Source of the DNA: Psychrobacter sp. DM4 | GTDB lineage: Bacteria > Pseudomonadota > Gammaproteobacteria > Pseudomonadales > Moraxellaceae | Reading direction: 5' to 3' | DNA: 32,000 nucleotides | Assembly: GCF_051307035.1 (NCBI RefSeq) | Contig: NZ_CP195536.1 | Coordinates: 1,800,001-1,832,000 of the forward strand | In this document: positions 1-9,810 of the stretch, in pieces | Position numbering within the stretch: position 1 is the first letter of the stretch | How the letters are laid out: every line of letters begins with the position of its first letter | Made by a program: the position numbers and the translations under genes | Notes under the pieces: model-generated | The model's input: only the letters and a program-made list of their open reading frames with translations | Databases searched by the model: none | What the model was told of the DNA's origin: nothing

Positions 1-322
1 CAGATGGCCTGTATTGGCCATTATTATATTTTTAACCTTTTTAACCCTGTACCGTTTTGCGCCCAATCGCGATGCTGTTGCGCTAAAAAAACTGATACCA
101 GGAGCTGTACTTGCGAGCGTACTTTGGATTTTGCTGTCTGTACTATTCTCCATCTATGTACAGAATTTCAATAACTATAGTGCTGAGTTTGGAGCGCTGT
201 CAGCGGCGGTAGTCATCATGTTATGGCTTTATTACTCAGCGTTTATTGTCGCCTTTGGTGCTACCTTTAATTACGAGAGTATCAATGCCTCAAAAGCGCC
301 TGCTATTCGCGTTTATCCTTAA
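1..322 (+). CDS. YihY/BrkB (Rbn-like) family inner-membrane protein, C-terminal part; the 5' end lies outside the window
   Basis: The frame is open from position 2, and the TTG at 14 is only the ORF-track start. The translation (FAPNR...LIPGA..ASVLWILLSVLFSIYV..F..YSAEFGALSAAVVIMLWLYYSAFIVAFGATFNYE) matches the hydrophobic C-terminal signature I recognise from the YihY/BrkB family. Confidence 0.7.
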   Translation, partial: RWPVLAIIIFLTFLTLYRFAPNRDAVALKKLIPGAVLASVLWILLSVLFSIYVQNFNNYSAEFGALSAAVVIMLWLYYSAFIVAFGATFNYESINASKAPAIRVYP

Positions 323-357
323 CCTGTTTTTTTTATTGCCTCAGGAACCTTGCTGTC

Positions 358-1521
358 ATGACTGACCATCAAAAAGACGCTGACGATTTAACGCCAGTAG
401 ACCCCAACCTTAATGAGCAGGCGCCTACGGACCATTCCGACTTAGAGTCTACGCCTGCCAGCTATCAGCGTAGCACAGCATCTGACAAGCCATCTTCAGT
501 GATCAAAAAAGTCATCATTGCTCTAGTGATCCTCGGTGTATTGGGTCTGATTGCTTATGGTGTGCTCAAAAGCAGTCAGTCAAGTGCGCCTGAAACCATT
601 ACTTTGCAAGGACAGATGCAAATGCGTCAAACGTCGATTGCAGCTAAAGTCCCCGGACGCATTGCCAAGATACTGGTAACCGAAGGCGATATGGTCCAAG
701 TAGGACAGCAGCTCATAGAGATGGACTCGCCTGAGATCAACGCCAAGATCAATCAAGCGCGCGCAGGCAAGCAAGCGGCGCAAAGTCAGTTAGATAAAGC
801 GGAAAACGGCGCACGCCCGCAAGAAATTGCGCAAGCAAAAGCGGCCTGGCAGGCGAACAAGGCGGCATCTGATCTAGCACAAAACACGTATCAGCGTGTT
901 AATCGCCTCTATGAAGAGGGACTAATGGCACGGCAAAAACGCGATGAGGCGTACGCGCAGTATCTTGCTACCCAAGATCAAACCGAAGCGGCGCGCTTGC
1001 AATACGAGCTGGCTATGGAGGGCGCACGCAGCGAAGACAAATCAGCGGCGGCGGCGCAAGTGGCGCAAGTGGACGCGCAATTAGAAGAGGCTTTGGTCGC
1101 CCGCAAGGAAGCCAATTTAAAGAGTCCTATCGCAGGAGTCGTCGATACCGTCATCGTTAATGCAGGCGAGGTCATCGGTCAAGGCGTACCGCTACTCACC
1201 TTAGTTAATACTGATGATCAATGGGTCGTCATAAATGTCACCGAAACGCATCTTAATCAATTTGCTATTGGTCAGCAGTTTACGGGTACCATTCCAGCGC
1301 TATCCTCAGCCGCTAACCCATTTAACAAGCAATTTACGGTCTATGCCAGCTCTAGTTTGTCTGACTTTGCTACTTGGCGACCCACCAATAATGACGATGG
1401 GTTTGATGTGCGCACCTTTGAGATTAAAGCTCGTCCTGTGACTCCTGATGCGCGCATTCGCTCTGGCATGAGCGTTATTGTCACTATTGATCCCTCACTC
1501 GTTAACGGAAGCCAAGAGTAA
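358..1521 (+). CDS. HlyD-family membrane fusion (periplasmic adaptor) protein, YbhG/YhiI-like
   Basis: 387 aa. It has one N-terminal TM helix (VIIALVILGVLGLIAYGVL), a long A/Q/E-rich coiled-coil hairpin and a C-terminal beta-barrel-like segment (SPIAGVVDTVIVNAGEVIGQGVPLLTL). The stop is 3 nt before the next gene. The polar cytoplasmic N-terminus (~55 aa) is unusually long. Confidence 0.85.
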   Translation: MTDHQKDADDLTPVDPNLNEQAPTDHSDLESTPASYQRSTASDKPSSVIKKVIIALVILGVLGLIAYGVLKSSQSSAPETITLQGQMQMRQTSIAAKVPGRIAKILVTEGDMVQVGQQLIEMDSPEINAKINQARAGKQAAQSQLDKAENGARPQEIAQAKAAWQANKAASDLAQNTYQRVNRLYEEGLMARQKRDEAYAQYLATQDQTEAARLQYELAMEGARSEDKSAAAAQVAQVDAQLEEALVARKEANLKSPIAGVVDTVIVNAGEVIGQGVPLLTLVNTDDQWVVINVTETHLNQFAIGQQFTGTIPALSSAANPFNKQFTVYASSSLSDFATWRPTNNDDGFDVRTFEIKARPVTPDARIRSGMSVIVTIDPSLVNGSQE

Positions 1522-1524
1522 GCC

Positions 1525-2841
1525 ATGTTTTTGACCAAGCTTGCCAGAGCATTTATGCGTAGCGCCGCCTACGAGCGGCTGTTTTTGCTCAAAAACCCTT
1601 GGGATTTGGCAATGGTGCTGTGGATACCGCTGGCAACTATCCTACTGGTATGGTGGATATTTTCGCAGACGCAGATCACAGACTTGCCTATTGGCGTTAT
1701 GGACAACGATCGCGGACCTGTAGCCAATACCGCAATACGTTATTTGGATGCCAGTCCTAGTCTGACAGTCAAACAGCTTTATCATACAAAATTTGAGGCT
1801 GAGGCGGCTATTTTGCAGCGTGATATCTATGCCTTGGTTGTTATTCCAGAGAACTTCTCAAACCGTATCAACTCAAGCCAGCCTGCGCCTATTGTCTTGC
1901 AAGTCAATGCTCAATACGGCACGCACTCAGGTATCATCCAGACCAGTGTACAAGGGGTCATCGGTACGTTATCAGCAGGCGTTGAGATACAGCGTCTCAT
2001 CAAGCAAGGCATGTCGCCTTCTCAAGCCGCTATCGCCTACTCGCCTATATCCATTCAGCGCACCAGTTTATTCAATGCGGTCAACAACTATCAGCAGTTT
2101 TTGGGCTCGACTGTGATACCGGCGCTACTACATATTTTGGCAATGGTGATTGGCGCAACGACGATTGGCCGTGAGCTACGAGATAAGACGCTTGGGCAAT
2201 GGTATCGCTATATCGATACCGATACGGCTGATGATTTGAGCCGTTTGACTGATAGCGAGCAGCGCTTGGCGACTAAAGATGCTATGAACAAAGAGACTAG
2301 CAACAAAGAATCTGTGTCTCTTAATACTATAAATACAAAAACGAGCCTCTCAATACTGCTCTTTGGATTATTGGGCAAGTATTTTTGGCCGATACTGGCT
2401 TATAGTTTGTGGGCCGCCTTGGCGTTGTGGTTGGCAACACCGCAAGATAATATTGCACTTGAGGCTATGCTCGTCACTTATATGAGCTTTACTTTGCTAA
2501 TGATTTTATCTTTTTGTCTAGGTGCTATTTTTACACTAGGGTCGTTCTCTTTGCGTATAGGGCTCTCCTCGACAGGCTTTATCTCTGTACCTTCTTATGC
2601 TTTTGCTGGGGTCACTTATCCTTATATTGCCATCAGTGATAATGCTAAATATTGGGCTGACGTGCTACCTTTGACCCATTATCTCAAGCTTCATATCGCC
2701 CAGTTACAGATGGCAGCGCCTGTGGCTATCTCTTTGCCTATCATATACGGTTTGATGCTGGCAACCTTGATTACGCTGCTAGTTAGCACCTTACTCACCA
2801 AACGTGCATTGGCACACCCTGAGCGCTGGGGAGCACGCTGA
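1525..2841 (+). CDS. ABC-2 type transporter permease (YbhS/YbhR/YhhJ-like, ABC2_membrane_3 architecture)
   Basis: 438 aa. It has an N-terminal TM, a ~150-aa extracytoplasmic domain and a cluster of C-terminal TM helices. No Walker A motif is present. Its stop overlaps the next start (TGA/ATG at 2839-2843). Confidence 0.8.
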   Translation: MFLTKLARAFMRSAAYERLFLLKNPWDLAMVLWIPLATILLVWWIFSQTQITDLPIGVMDNDRGPVANTAIRYLDASPSLTVKQLYHTKFEAEAAILQRDIYALVVIPENFSNRINSSQPAPIVLQVNAQYGTHSGIIQTSVQGVIGTLSAGVEIQRLIKQGMSPSQAAIAYSPISIQRTSLFNAVNNYQQFLGSTVIPALLHILAMVIGATTIGRELRDKTLGQWYRYIDTDTADDLSRLTDSEQRLATKDAMNKETSNKESVSLNTINTKTSLSILLFGLLGKYFWPILAYSLWAALALWLATPQDNIALEAMLVTYMSFTLLMILSFCLGAIFTLGSFSLRIGLSSTGFISVPSYAFAGVTYPYIAISDNAKYWADVLPLTHYLKLHIAQLQMAAPVAISLPIIYGLMLATLITLLVSTLLTKRALAHPERWGAR

Positions 2842-4079
2842 TGCCTACTCTTTTTGAAAACAAAAAACACAATAAAAGCGCAACTAAGCAGCCGTTGAAT
2901 GCTCAGAACAATATGCAAAATAATGCTCAAAGCAATACTGTAAACTCAGCACCCAAAACCTTTTGGGGCAGCTTTGGACAAACAATAAAAGATGTGTTTG
3001 GAGATAAAGGCGTGCTACTTATGCTTATTATCGCTCCTATCATTTATGGCTTCTTTTATCCTTGGCCCTACTCGACTGAAGTGGTGAATAACGTACCTGT
3101 CGGCATTGTGGATTACGATCACAGCGACCTATCACGTACGATTATGCGTTATGCCAGCGCCAGCCCGCAACTAGATACCCAGCGCTTTGCTACTGAGCAA
3201 GACGCCAAAGCTGCCATATGGTCGAATGATATCGCAGGATTCATGATTATTCCGATTGGGCTTGAGCAGCAAGTTCTCTCTGGCAAAGCTGCTAGCGTAA
3301 GCGTGCTAGGTAATGGCGGTTACTTTTTGCTCAATAAAAATGTGCAAATGGGGTTTTTGCAAGCGATCAGTACGGTGTCGGCGGGAATTGAGGTCAAAAA
3401 AAGCGTGGCGCAAGGAGCGTATGCGCCTACTGCTGCCCAAAATACGCAAGCGGTGCCGTTACAGATCACCCCTTTGTATAATCAAACCGAAGGCTACGGT
3501 GCTTACGTGGTGCCTGCGGTATCTATTATTATTTTACAGCAGACCTTACTGATTGCCGTCGCCATGCTGATTGGAACTTGGTATGAGCAGCACAGGCACG
3601 CCACCTCTATTCGCGGCTGGCTTGGACGCATCGCCGCCTTTGCTACGCTAAGCTTTGTTGTGGGCTGTTTTTATTACGGCTGGACCTTTGAGCTTAATAA
3701 TTATCCGCGCGGACAAAACATGCTCGGTAGCTTATTATTTTTGATGCTGTTCTGTCCGGTAGTGGCCACTCTTGGATGCGTGTTTGGGCTCTGGTTGCGT
3801 CAGCGTGAGCGTAGTATACAAATTCTTATCTTCAGCTCGCTGCCACTGTTCTTTGTCAGTGGCTATCCTTGGCCTGCCAGCCAATTGCCACAAGTGCTAC
3901 AAGTGGTGCGCTGGCTAGTACCGACGACGCCTGCCATCAATACCTCAGTACAGCTCAACCAAATGGGCGCAACCCTCTCTCAAGTGGCTACTGGCTTTTA
4001 TGCACTAGCAGGTTTGTGGTTATTTTACTTTATTTTATTGCTGATTTTGCGCAAGCGTACCGAGCCCAAATTATCCTAA
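2841..4079 (+). CDS. ABC-2 type transporter permease, paralogous partner of the preceding gene
   Basis: 412 aa with the same architecture: N-terminal TM (VLLMLIIAPIIYGFFY), an extracytoplasmic domain and 5-6 C-terminal TM helices. It is translationally coupled to the upstream permease. Confidence 0.8.
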   Translation: MPTLFENKKHNKSATKQPLNAQNNMQNNAQSNTVNSAPKTFWGSFGQTIKDVFGDKGVLLMLIIAPIIYGFFYPWPYSTEVVNNVPVGIVDYDHSDLSRTIMRYASASPQLDTQRFATEQDAKAAIWSNDIAGFMIIPIGLEQQVLSGKAASVSVLGNGGYFLLNKNVQMGFLQAISTVSAGIEVKKSVAQGAYAPTAAQNTQAVPLQITPLYNQTEGYGAYVVPAVSIIILQQTLLIAVAMLIGTWYEQHRHATSIRGWLGRIAAFATLSFVVGCFYYGWTFELNNYPRGQNMLGSLLFLMLFCPVVATLGCVFGLWLRQRERSIQILIFSSLPLFFVSGYPWPASQLPQVLQVVRWLVPTTPAINTSVQLNQMGATLSQVATGFYALAGLWLFYFILLLILRKRTEPKLS

Positions 4080-4093
4080 CCCTACTTTAAAAC

Positions 4094-4125
4094 AAAAAAC
4101 GCCTACCAATAAGTAGACGCTTTTT
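4094..4125. terminator. Candidate bidirectional rho-independent terminator between convergent genes
   Basis: aaaaaaCGCCTACcaataaGTAGaCGCttttt: a 7-bp stem with one mismatch, flanked by an A-tract and a T-tract. It lies between the permease stop (4079) and the sthA stop (4164). Confidence 0.5.
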
Positions 4126-4163
4126 AATATTAAATTCAAGTTACTTTTCAATTTACAGAATAA

Positions 4164-5837
4164 TTAAAACACCCGATTGAGACCATTCAGCGCTGCCACT
4201 CGGTATGCCTCTGCCATCGTCGGATAGTTAAAGGTCGTATTGACGAAATACTCAAGCGTGGCATGACACTTCATAACCGCTTGTCCGATATGGATAATCT
4301 CTGAAGCATGGTTACCATAACAATGGATACCCAATATCTCAAGCGTCTCACGGTGGAACAATATCTTGAGTACGCCAGTACGCTCACCGATGATTTGCGC
4401 ACGTGCTAGATGCTTAAAGAACGCCTGCCCGACCTCATAAGGAACTTTTTCGTCCGTAAGCTCCTGCTCCGTCTTACCGATGCTTGAGATCTCAGGAATC
4501 GTATAGATACCTGTTGGGACACTAGAGACGGGTTCTGCATTACTATCACCAACCATAAACGCCGCAGCACAGCGCCCTTGGTCATAAGCGGCAGAGGCAA
4601 GAGAGGGCCAACCGATAACGTCACCTGCGGCATAAATATTTTCGATCTCAGTACGGTAAGTATCATCGACTTTGAGCTGACCACGGCTGTTGGCCTCCAA
4701 GCCAATTGCCTCTAAGTTCAACCCTTCAGTGTTTCCTGAGCGCCCATTCGACCATAAAATAGCGTCAGACTTGATTTTTTTGCCACTTTTTAGATATAAA
4801 ACCACGTGGTCATCATGAGTCTCAAGATGATCAATCTCTTCATTATTACGAATAAGAACGCCAAATTGTCTAAAATCATGCGCTAGAGCATCACTGATTT
4901 CGCTATCTAAATAGCTAAGTAACTTGCCCTGATTATTAATCAAATCAACTTTGTAGCCAAGACCGGTAAAGATAGAGGCGTACTCACAGCCAATGACGCC
5001 TGCGCCATAAATAATGATCTTTTTGACCACATAATTCATCTGCAGTATTTTGTCAGAATCAAAAACGCGCGGATGATCAAAATCTAAAATATCAGGACGG
5101 TAAGGACGGCTACCTACAGTGATGATTGCTTTGTTAAAGGTTATCGTCTCAAAGACGTTTTCGTCTGTTTCAACGCGTATAGTATTGGGACCGACAAAGC
5201 TTGCCCAGCCTTGAATCACATCAATCTGATTGCGCTCATAAAAACGCGTGTGCGTGCTAACTTGGTTGCGTATAACTTTACGTGCGTTAGCCAGTACCTT
5301 GTTTAGCGGTACTTGCTGATACTCCAGCGCTTTTGTGAACATAGGGTCACGGCGAAAGTTAATTAAGTTAAACACCGATTGGCGCAGTGCTTTGCTCGGA
5401 ATAGTACCGACGTGCGTTGAGTTACCGCCGACCTGATCACGTGGATCGATAACAGCGACTTTCTTGCCAGATTTGGCAAGCTTCATAGCTGCCGCTTCAC
5501 CAGCAGGGCCTGCGCCCAAGACGATAGCATCGTACTCAAATTCATGTTTGTCACCTTTTAGGCGCTCTGAATCTTTGGTAAAGCCTGATTTGATATCGAT
5601 ACGCGTATCATCTAATGGATTGACTAAATCAGGGTGATGCATGACATCATCAGTGACTTGCTCGTGCGTTTGTTCAATCTTCTCATCGATACTCTGATCG
5701 TGCGTCTGTTCAGGTAACGCAACTTTGCCCCCTTCTTTATTTGAGACCTCCGTTTGCGTATCTTCACTAATATTATTGGTGTTATCGTGATTAATGTCTT
5801 TTTGATCTGTCGTCTCGTTCTTATTTTTACTTCCCAT
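4164..5837 (-). CDS. sthA: Soluble pyridine nucleotide transhydrogenase (SthA/UdhA) with a ~95-aa N-terminal extension
   Basis: FAD Rossmann motif [32 protein letters not shown] lacks the CxxxxC redox disulfide of Lpd, as in SthA. A second dinucleotide fold is present ([15 protein letters not shown]), and the C-terminus has the dimerisation region ([14 protein letters not shown]). A good SD (AGAGGA) lies 6 nt before the ATG at 5837. Confidence 0.85.
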   Translation of the reverse strand: MGSKNKNETTDQKDINHDNTNNISEDTQTEVSNKEGGKVALPEQTHDQSIDEKIEQTHEQVTDDVMHHPDLVNPLDDTRIDIKSGFTKDSERLKGDKHEFEYDAIVLGAGPAGEAAAMKLAKSGKKVAVIDPRDQVGGNSTHVGTIPSKALRQSVFNLINFRRDPMFTKALEYQQVPLNKVLANARKVIRNQVSTHTRFYERNQIDVIQGWASFVGPNTIRVETDENVFETITFNKAIITVGSRPYRPDILDFDHPRVFDSDKILQMNYVVKKIIIYGAGVIGCEYASIFTGLGYKVDLINNQGKLLSYLDSEISDALAHDFRQFGVLIRNNEEIDHLETHDDHVVLYLKSGKKIKSDAILWSNGRSGNTEGLNLEAIGLEANSRGQLKVDDTYRTEIENIYAAGDVIGWPSLASAAYDQGRCAAAFMVGDSNAEPVSSVPTGIYTIPEISSIGKTEQELTDEKVPYEVGQAFFKHLARAQIIGERTGVLKILFHRETLEILGIHCYGNHASEIIHIGQAVMKCHATLEYFVNTTFNYPTMAEAYRVAALNGLNRVF

Positions 5838-5915
5838 GAAGTCCTCTTTGTCTCTTTATTTATGATAACTGTACTATCTATTTATTTTAGTTTAGCTTTC
5901 ATTTGTTTTAGTTCA

Positions 5916-5951
5916 GTTTCGCATTGCTACTAAGTTTCGCATTGTTACTAA
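5916..5951. repeat. Tandem 18-bp direct repeat x2 (GTTTCGCATTG[C/T]TACTAA) in the ppsR-sthA intergenic region
   Basis: 5916-5933 and 5934-5951 are head-to-tail copies with one mismatch. They lie ~80-115 nt upstream of the sthA start on the coding (minus) strand. Confidence 0.85.
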
Positions 5952-5969
5952 ACAATCAAAGTCTAGTCC

Positions 5970-6866
5970 TTAACCGATACGTCGTTTAAGGCCTGTCATT
6001 TGTAATATTCTCGTCGCAATCTCTTCGACAGACATCTCTGAGACGTCAAGATTGGGTATGCCTTGTGAGGTATAAATACCCTGAATCGCACGCTGCTCTT
6101 GTTGCACCTGCTGATAGCTTGAATAGCGGCTACCTGCACGGCGCTCTTGACGAATCTTTACCAAACGATCGGTATCGATCATCAGACCAAATAGCTTATC
6201 CTTGTGATCACGCAAAGATTTTGGTAATTGATTGTCGTATAAGTCGTCTTCAGTCAGTGGATAGTTCGCTGCACGGATACCAAATTGTAAGGCTAAATAT
6301 AACGAGGTCGGCGTCTTGCCTGAGCGTGACACGCCAATCAGGATAATATCTGCAGCATTGTAATGACGCGTACGTGCCCCATCATCATTATCTAAAGCAA
6401 AATGCACCGCATCAATGCGCTCTTTATACGTTTCAGAATCGACATTGTCATGAGCATGACCTGAGTGTACATCAGGCTCAACTCCAGTCTCTTCAGCGAT
6501 ACGGCCAATCAAACCCTCATACATATCCAAATTACAACTGTGCGCTGAATTGATCTTTTCTCTAATGTCAGCGCTTACAATAGTATCAAATACAAAAGGT
6601 AATAAACCATCACGCTGATAAGCCAAATTGATTTGCTCGACCGCACTCTCAGCACGCTCTAGGCTATCTACATAAGGCAATACTTTGGTCTCAAAAGGCA
6701 CAGACGCAAACTGACTTAAGATAGAGCGCCCTAAAGTCTCAGCAGTAATGGCAGTACCGTCAGATATAAAAAATGCGGTTCTTATGGTTTGTGAGTTGTC
6801 CAAGCTGAGCGCATGATGATTTTGAATAGTAGGCATGTCTGATTCGGATGGATTGCTTGAATACAT
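5970..6866 (-). CDS. ppsR: PEP synthase regulatory protein (bifunctional kinase/pyrophosphorylase, DUF299)
   Basis: FFISDGTAITAETLGRS near the N-terminus, P-loop GVSRSGKTPTSLYLA, and divergent from ppsA. The ORF track starts at TTG 6881. I prefer ATG 6866, which is preceded by GAGGTG 7 nt upstream. ATG 6836 is another option. Confidence 0.85.
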   Translation of the reverse strand: MYSSNPSESDMPTIQNHHALSLDNSQTIRTAFFISDGTAITAETLGRSILSQFASVPFETKVLPYVDSLERAESAVEQINLAYQRDGLLPFVFDTIVSADIREKINSAHSCNLDMYEGLIGRIAEETGVEPDVHSGHAHDNVDSETYKERIDAVHFALDNDDGARTRHYNAADIILIGVSRSGKTPTSLYLALQFGIRAANYPLTEDDLYDNQLPKSLRDHKDKLFGLMIDTDRLVKIRQERRAGSRYSSYQQVQQEQRAIQGIYTSQGIPNLDVSEMSVEEIATRILQMTGLKRRIG

Positions 6867-7157
6867 AGCTGAGCACCTCAATTAATTGTAGCCATTATAC
6901 CTATATATAAGTCAGTAATCCCAATCAATGTTACCATAACTGACCCAAATTTGAGTTGATACCGCACTATTGTCTTCTATACCAAAAACAGTCCATTTAA
7001 GATATTGATAAACTTAGTTTGGTAAATGTCACTTTTTTGACGCTATAGTTTGTAATTTTTCAAAAGATTTTGATTGTACCTATCGAAATTCTCAAAATTT
7101 AGCGTTATAATTGACCATTATAATCCTTACTAAATAACCTTATTTTTTGGAGTTATC

Positions 7158-9542
7158 ATGGCAGCGCACTCTTCAGCTCTTGTAATCAATTTAGATCAAC
7201 TCGGAAAAAACGATGTCGATACTGTTGGCGGTAAGAATGCGTCACTCGGTGAGATGATCAGCCACCTGTCTGATTTGGGTGTTAGTGTACCTGGTGGCTT
7301 CGCTACTACGGCGGATGCTTTTAACCGTTTTTTAACGGAAACGGGTTTGCTTGATAAGATCAATAGTGAGCTTAAGGCTTTAGATGTTGACGATGTCAAT
7401 AAGCTTGCTGCTACTGGCAAAAAAATCCGTAACTGGATCATAGAGCAAGAGCTTCCAGATGACCTCGAAAAAGAAGTGCGTCAAGCATTTGATGAGATGA
7501 GTGGCGGCGAAGACATCGCTGTTGCCGTGCGTTCATCAGCGACGGCTGAAGATTTGCCAGATGCCTCATTCGCAGGTCAACAAGAGACCTATCTGAACAT
7601 TCGCGGTATCGATAACGTATTGATTGCTATCAAAGAAGTCTTTTCTTCATTATACAACGATCGTGCGATCTCATACCGTGTACATAAAGGTTTTGAGCAT
7701 GAGGGCGTCGCACTATCTGCTGGTATTCAGCGTATGGTACGCTCAGAGACGGGCGCCGCCGGCGTTATGTTCACGCTAGATACCGAAAGTGGTTTTGACG
7801 AAGTCGTCTTTATTACTTCAAGCTATGGCTTGGGTGAGATGGTCGTACAAGGCGCGGTTAATCCTGATGAATTCTATGTGTCTAAGCGCCTGCTCGCTAA
7901 TGACAAGCCTTCTGTGGTACGTCGCAACTTGGGCAGCAAACACAAAAAGATGGTTTATGGCGATGAGGGCAGTACTGCTAAGTCTGTTAAAGTCGTTGAT
8001 GTCGAAAAACAAGAGCGCATGCAGTTCTCGCTATCCACCAATGAGCTGACTGAACTTGCCAAGCAAGCGGTCATTATCGAAAAGCATTATGGTCAGTCGA
8101 TGGATATCGAGTGGGCTAAAGACGGCGATAGCGGCGATATATTTATCGTGCAAGCCCGTCCTGAAACGGTCAAGAGCCGTCAAGACAGCAATGTCATGGA
8201 ACGTTATGTCATTAATACAGGCGATGCCAAAGTACTCTGTGAAGGCCGCTCAATCGGTCAGCGTATCGGTTCAGGTAAAGTGCGTATCGTCAGTAACTTA
8301 AACGAGATGGACAAAGTAGAAGATGGTGATGTCTTGGTCTCAGATATGACTGATCCGGATTGGGAACCTGTGATGAAGCGCGCCTCTGCTATCATCACCA
8401 ACCGCGGTGGCCGTACTTGTCATGCCGCTATTATCGCTCGTGAACTTGGTGTTCCAGCTATCGTAGGTTGTGGTAACGCCACTGAAATCTTGGTCGATGG
8501 TCAAGATGTCACAGCCTCTTGTGCCGAGGGTGATACAGGCTTTATTTATGAAGGTCAGATTGATTTTGACGTTCAGACCAACTCTATTGAGTCTATGCCA
8601 GAGCTTGCATTCAAGATTATGATGAATGTGGGTAATCCTGATCGCGCCTTCTCATTTGCTCAAATGCCAAATAAGGGCATTGGTCTTGCACGTTTAGAGT
8701 TCATCATCAACCGTATGATTGGCGTGCATCCAAAAGCTTTGCTGAACATGAATAGCTTGCCCCGTGAAATATCGCAAGCGATCACTGAGCGTATTGCAGG
8801 TTATGCCTCGCCCGTTGACTTCTACGTTGATAAACTGGTTGAAGGTATTGCTACACTTGCGGTTGCCTTTATAGATCAGCCGGTTATCGTACGTATGTCA
8901 GACTTTAAATCGAATGAATATGCCAATCTTTTGGGCGGCAAGTTGTATGAGCCCTCAGAAGAGAACCCGATGCTTGGTTTCCGCGGTGCTAGCCGTTATG
9001 TGTCTGAAAACTTCCGTGACTGCTTTGAGCTTGAGTGTCAAGCGCTTAAACGCGTACGTGACGAGATGGGTTTGACTAACGTTGAGATTATGATTCCGTT
9101 CGTGCGTACCGTTGACGAGGCGGCACAAGTCATCGAGCTATTAGAGAAAAACGGTCTTAAACGTGGCGAGAATGGTCTACGTGTCATTATGATGTGTGAG
9201 TTACCAACCAATGCATTGCTCGCTGATGAGTTCTTGGAGCATTTTGATGGTTACTCTATCGGCTCAAACGATCTAACTCAGTTGACACTAGGTCTAGATC
9301 GCGATTCAGGTATCGTCTCTCATCTATTTGATGAGCGTGACCCTGCTGTCAAAAAGCTACTATCAATGGCGATTGAAGCCTGTAACAAGGCAGGTAAGTA
9401 CATCGGTATCTGTGGTCAAGGACCGTCAGATCATTCAGACCTAGCGTTTTGGCTTATGGAGCAAGGGATTACCTCGGTTTCATTGAACCCTGACTCTGTC
9501 CTTGATACGTGGTTTTTCTTAGCAGGTGAAGAAGCCAAGTAG
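7158..9542 (+). CDS. ppsA: Phosphoenolpyruvate synthase (pyruvate, water dikinase)
   Basis: 794 aa. N-terminal ATP-grasp ([11 protein letters not shown]), phosphohistidine swivel domain ([24 protein letters not shown]) and C-terminal PEP-utilising TIM barrel (GIGLARLEF...[10 protein letters not shown]). SD TGGAG lies before the ATG. Confidence 0.95.
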   Translation: MAAHSSALVINLDQLGKNDVDTVGGKNASLGEMISHLSDLGVSVPGGFATTADAFNRFLTETGLLDKINSELKALDVDDVNKLAATGKKIRNWIIEQELPDDLEKEVRQAFDEMSGGEDIAVAVRSSATAEDLPDASFAGQQETYLNIRGIDNVLIAIKEVFSSLYNDRAISYRVHKGFEHEGVALSAGIQRMVRSETGAAGVMFTLDTESGFDEVVFITSSYGLGEMVVQGAVNPDEFYVSKRLLANDKPSVVRRNLGSKHKKMVYGDEGSTAKSVKVVDVEKQERMQFSLSTNELTELAKQAVIIEKHYGQSMDIEWAKDGDSGDIFIVQARPETVKSRQDSNVMERYVINTGDAKVLCEGRSIGQRIGSGKVRIVSNLNEMDKVEDGDVLVSDMTDPDWEPVMKRASAIITNRGGRTCHAAIIARELGVPAIVGCGNATEILVDGQDVTASCAEGDTGFIYEGQIDFDVQTNSIESMPELAFKIMMNVGNPDRAFSFAQMPNKGIGLARLEFIINRMIGVHPKALLNMNSLPREISQAITERIAGYASPVDFYVDKLVEGIATLAVAFIDQPVIVRMSDFKSNEYANLLGGKLYEPSEENPMLGFRGASRYVSENFRDCFELECQALKRVRDEMGLTNVEIMIPFVRTVDEAAQVIELLEKNGLKRGENGLRVIMMCELPTNALLADEFLEHFDGYSIGSNDLTQLTLGLDRDSGIVSHLFDERDPAVKKLLSMAIEACNKAGKYIGICGQGPSDHSDLAFWLMEQGITSVSLNPDSVLDTWFFLAGEEAK

Positions 9543-9553
9543 TTCTTTATAAC

Positions 9554-9587
9554 TAGGTGCTTGTAAATAATTATTTACGAGCACCTA
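9554..9587 (+). terminator. Strong hairpin after ppsA (candidate terminator, no clear U-tract)
   Basis: TAGGTGCTTGTAAAT-aatt-ATTTACGAGCACCTA: a 15-bp stem with one G-T wobble, starting 12 nt after the ppsA stop. Confidence 0.4.
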
Positions 9588-9810
9588 TCGGATGTTAAAG
9601 TAGATGTCTTTGACAGCTATATTTTAGGGTTTGTTTGCTAATGATCATTACCTTTAATGAGATAGCAGGCAGACCCTAAGTTGTATTTACTGTTTGGCTA
9701 TATTTGCTACCTACCCTTATCGTATGACCCTTGTTAAAAGCAACTTTGACCCAATACTATGACTTATAAAAGCTAAAATTCATAATCAGCGAATTAAGAA
9801 ATAACTAACT

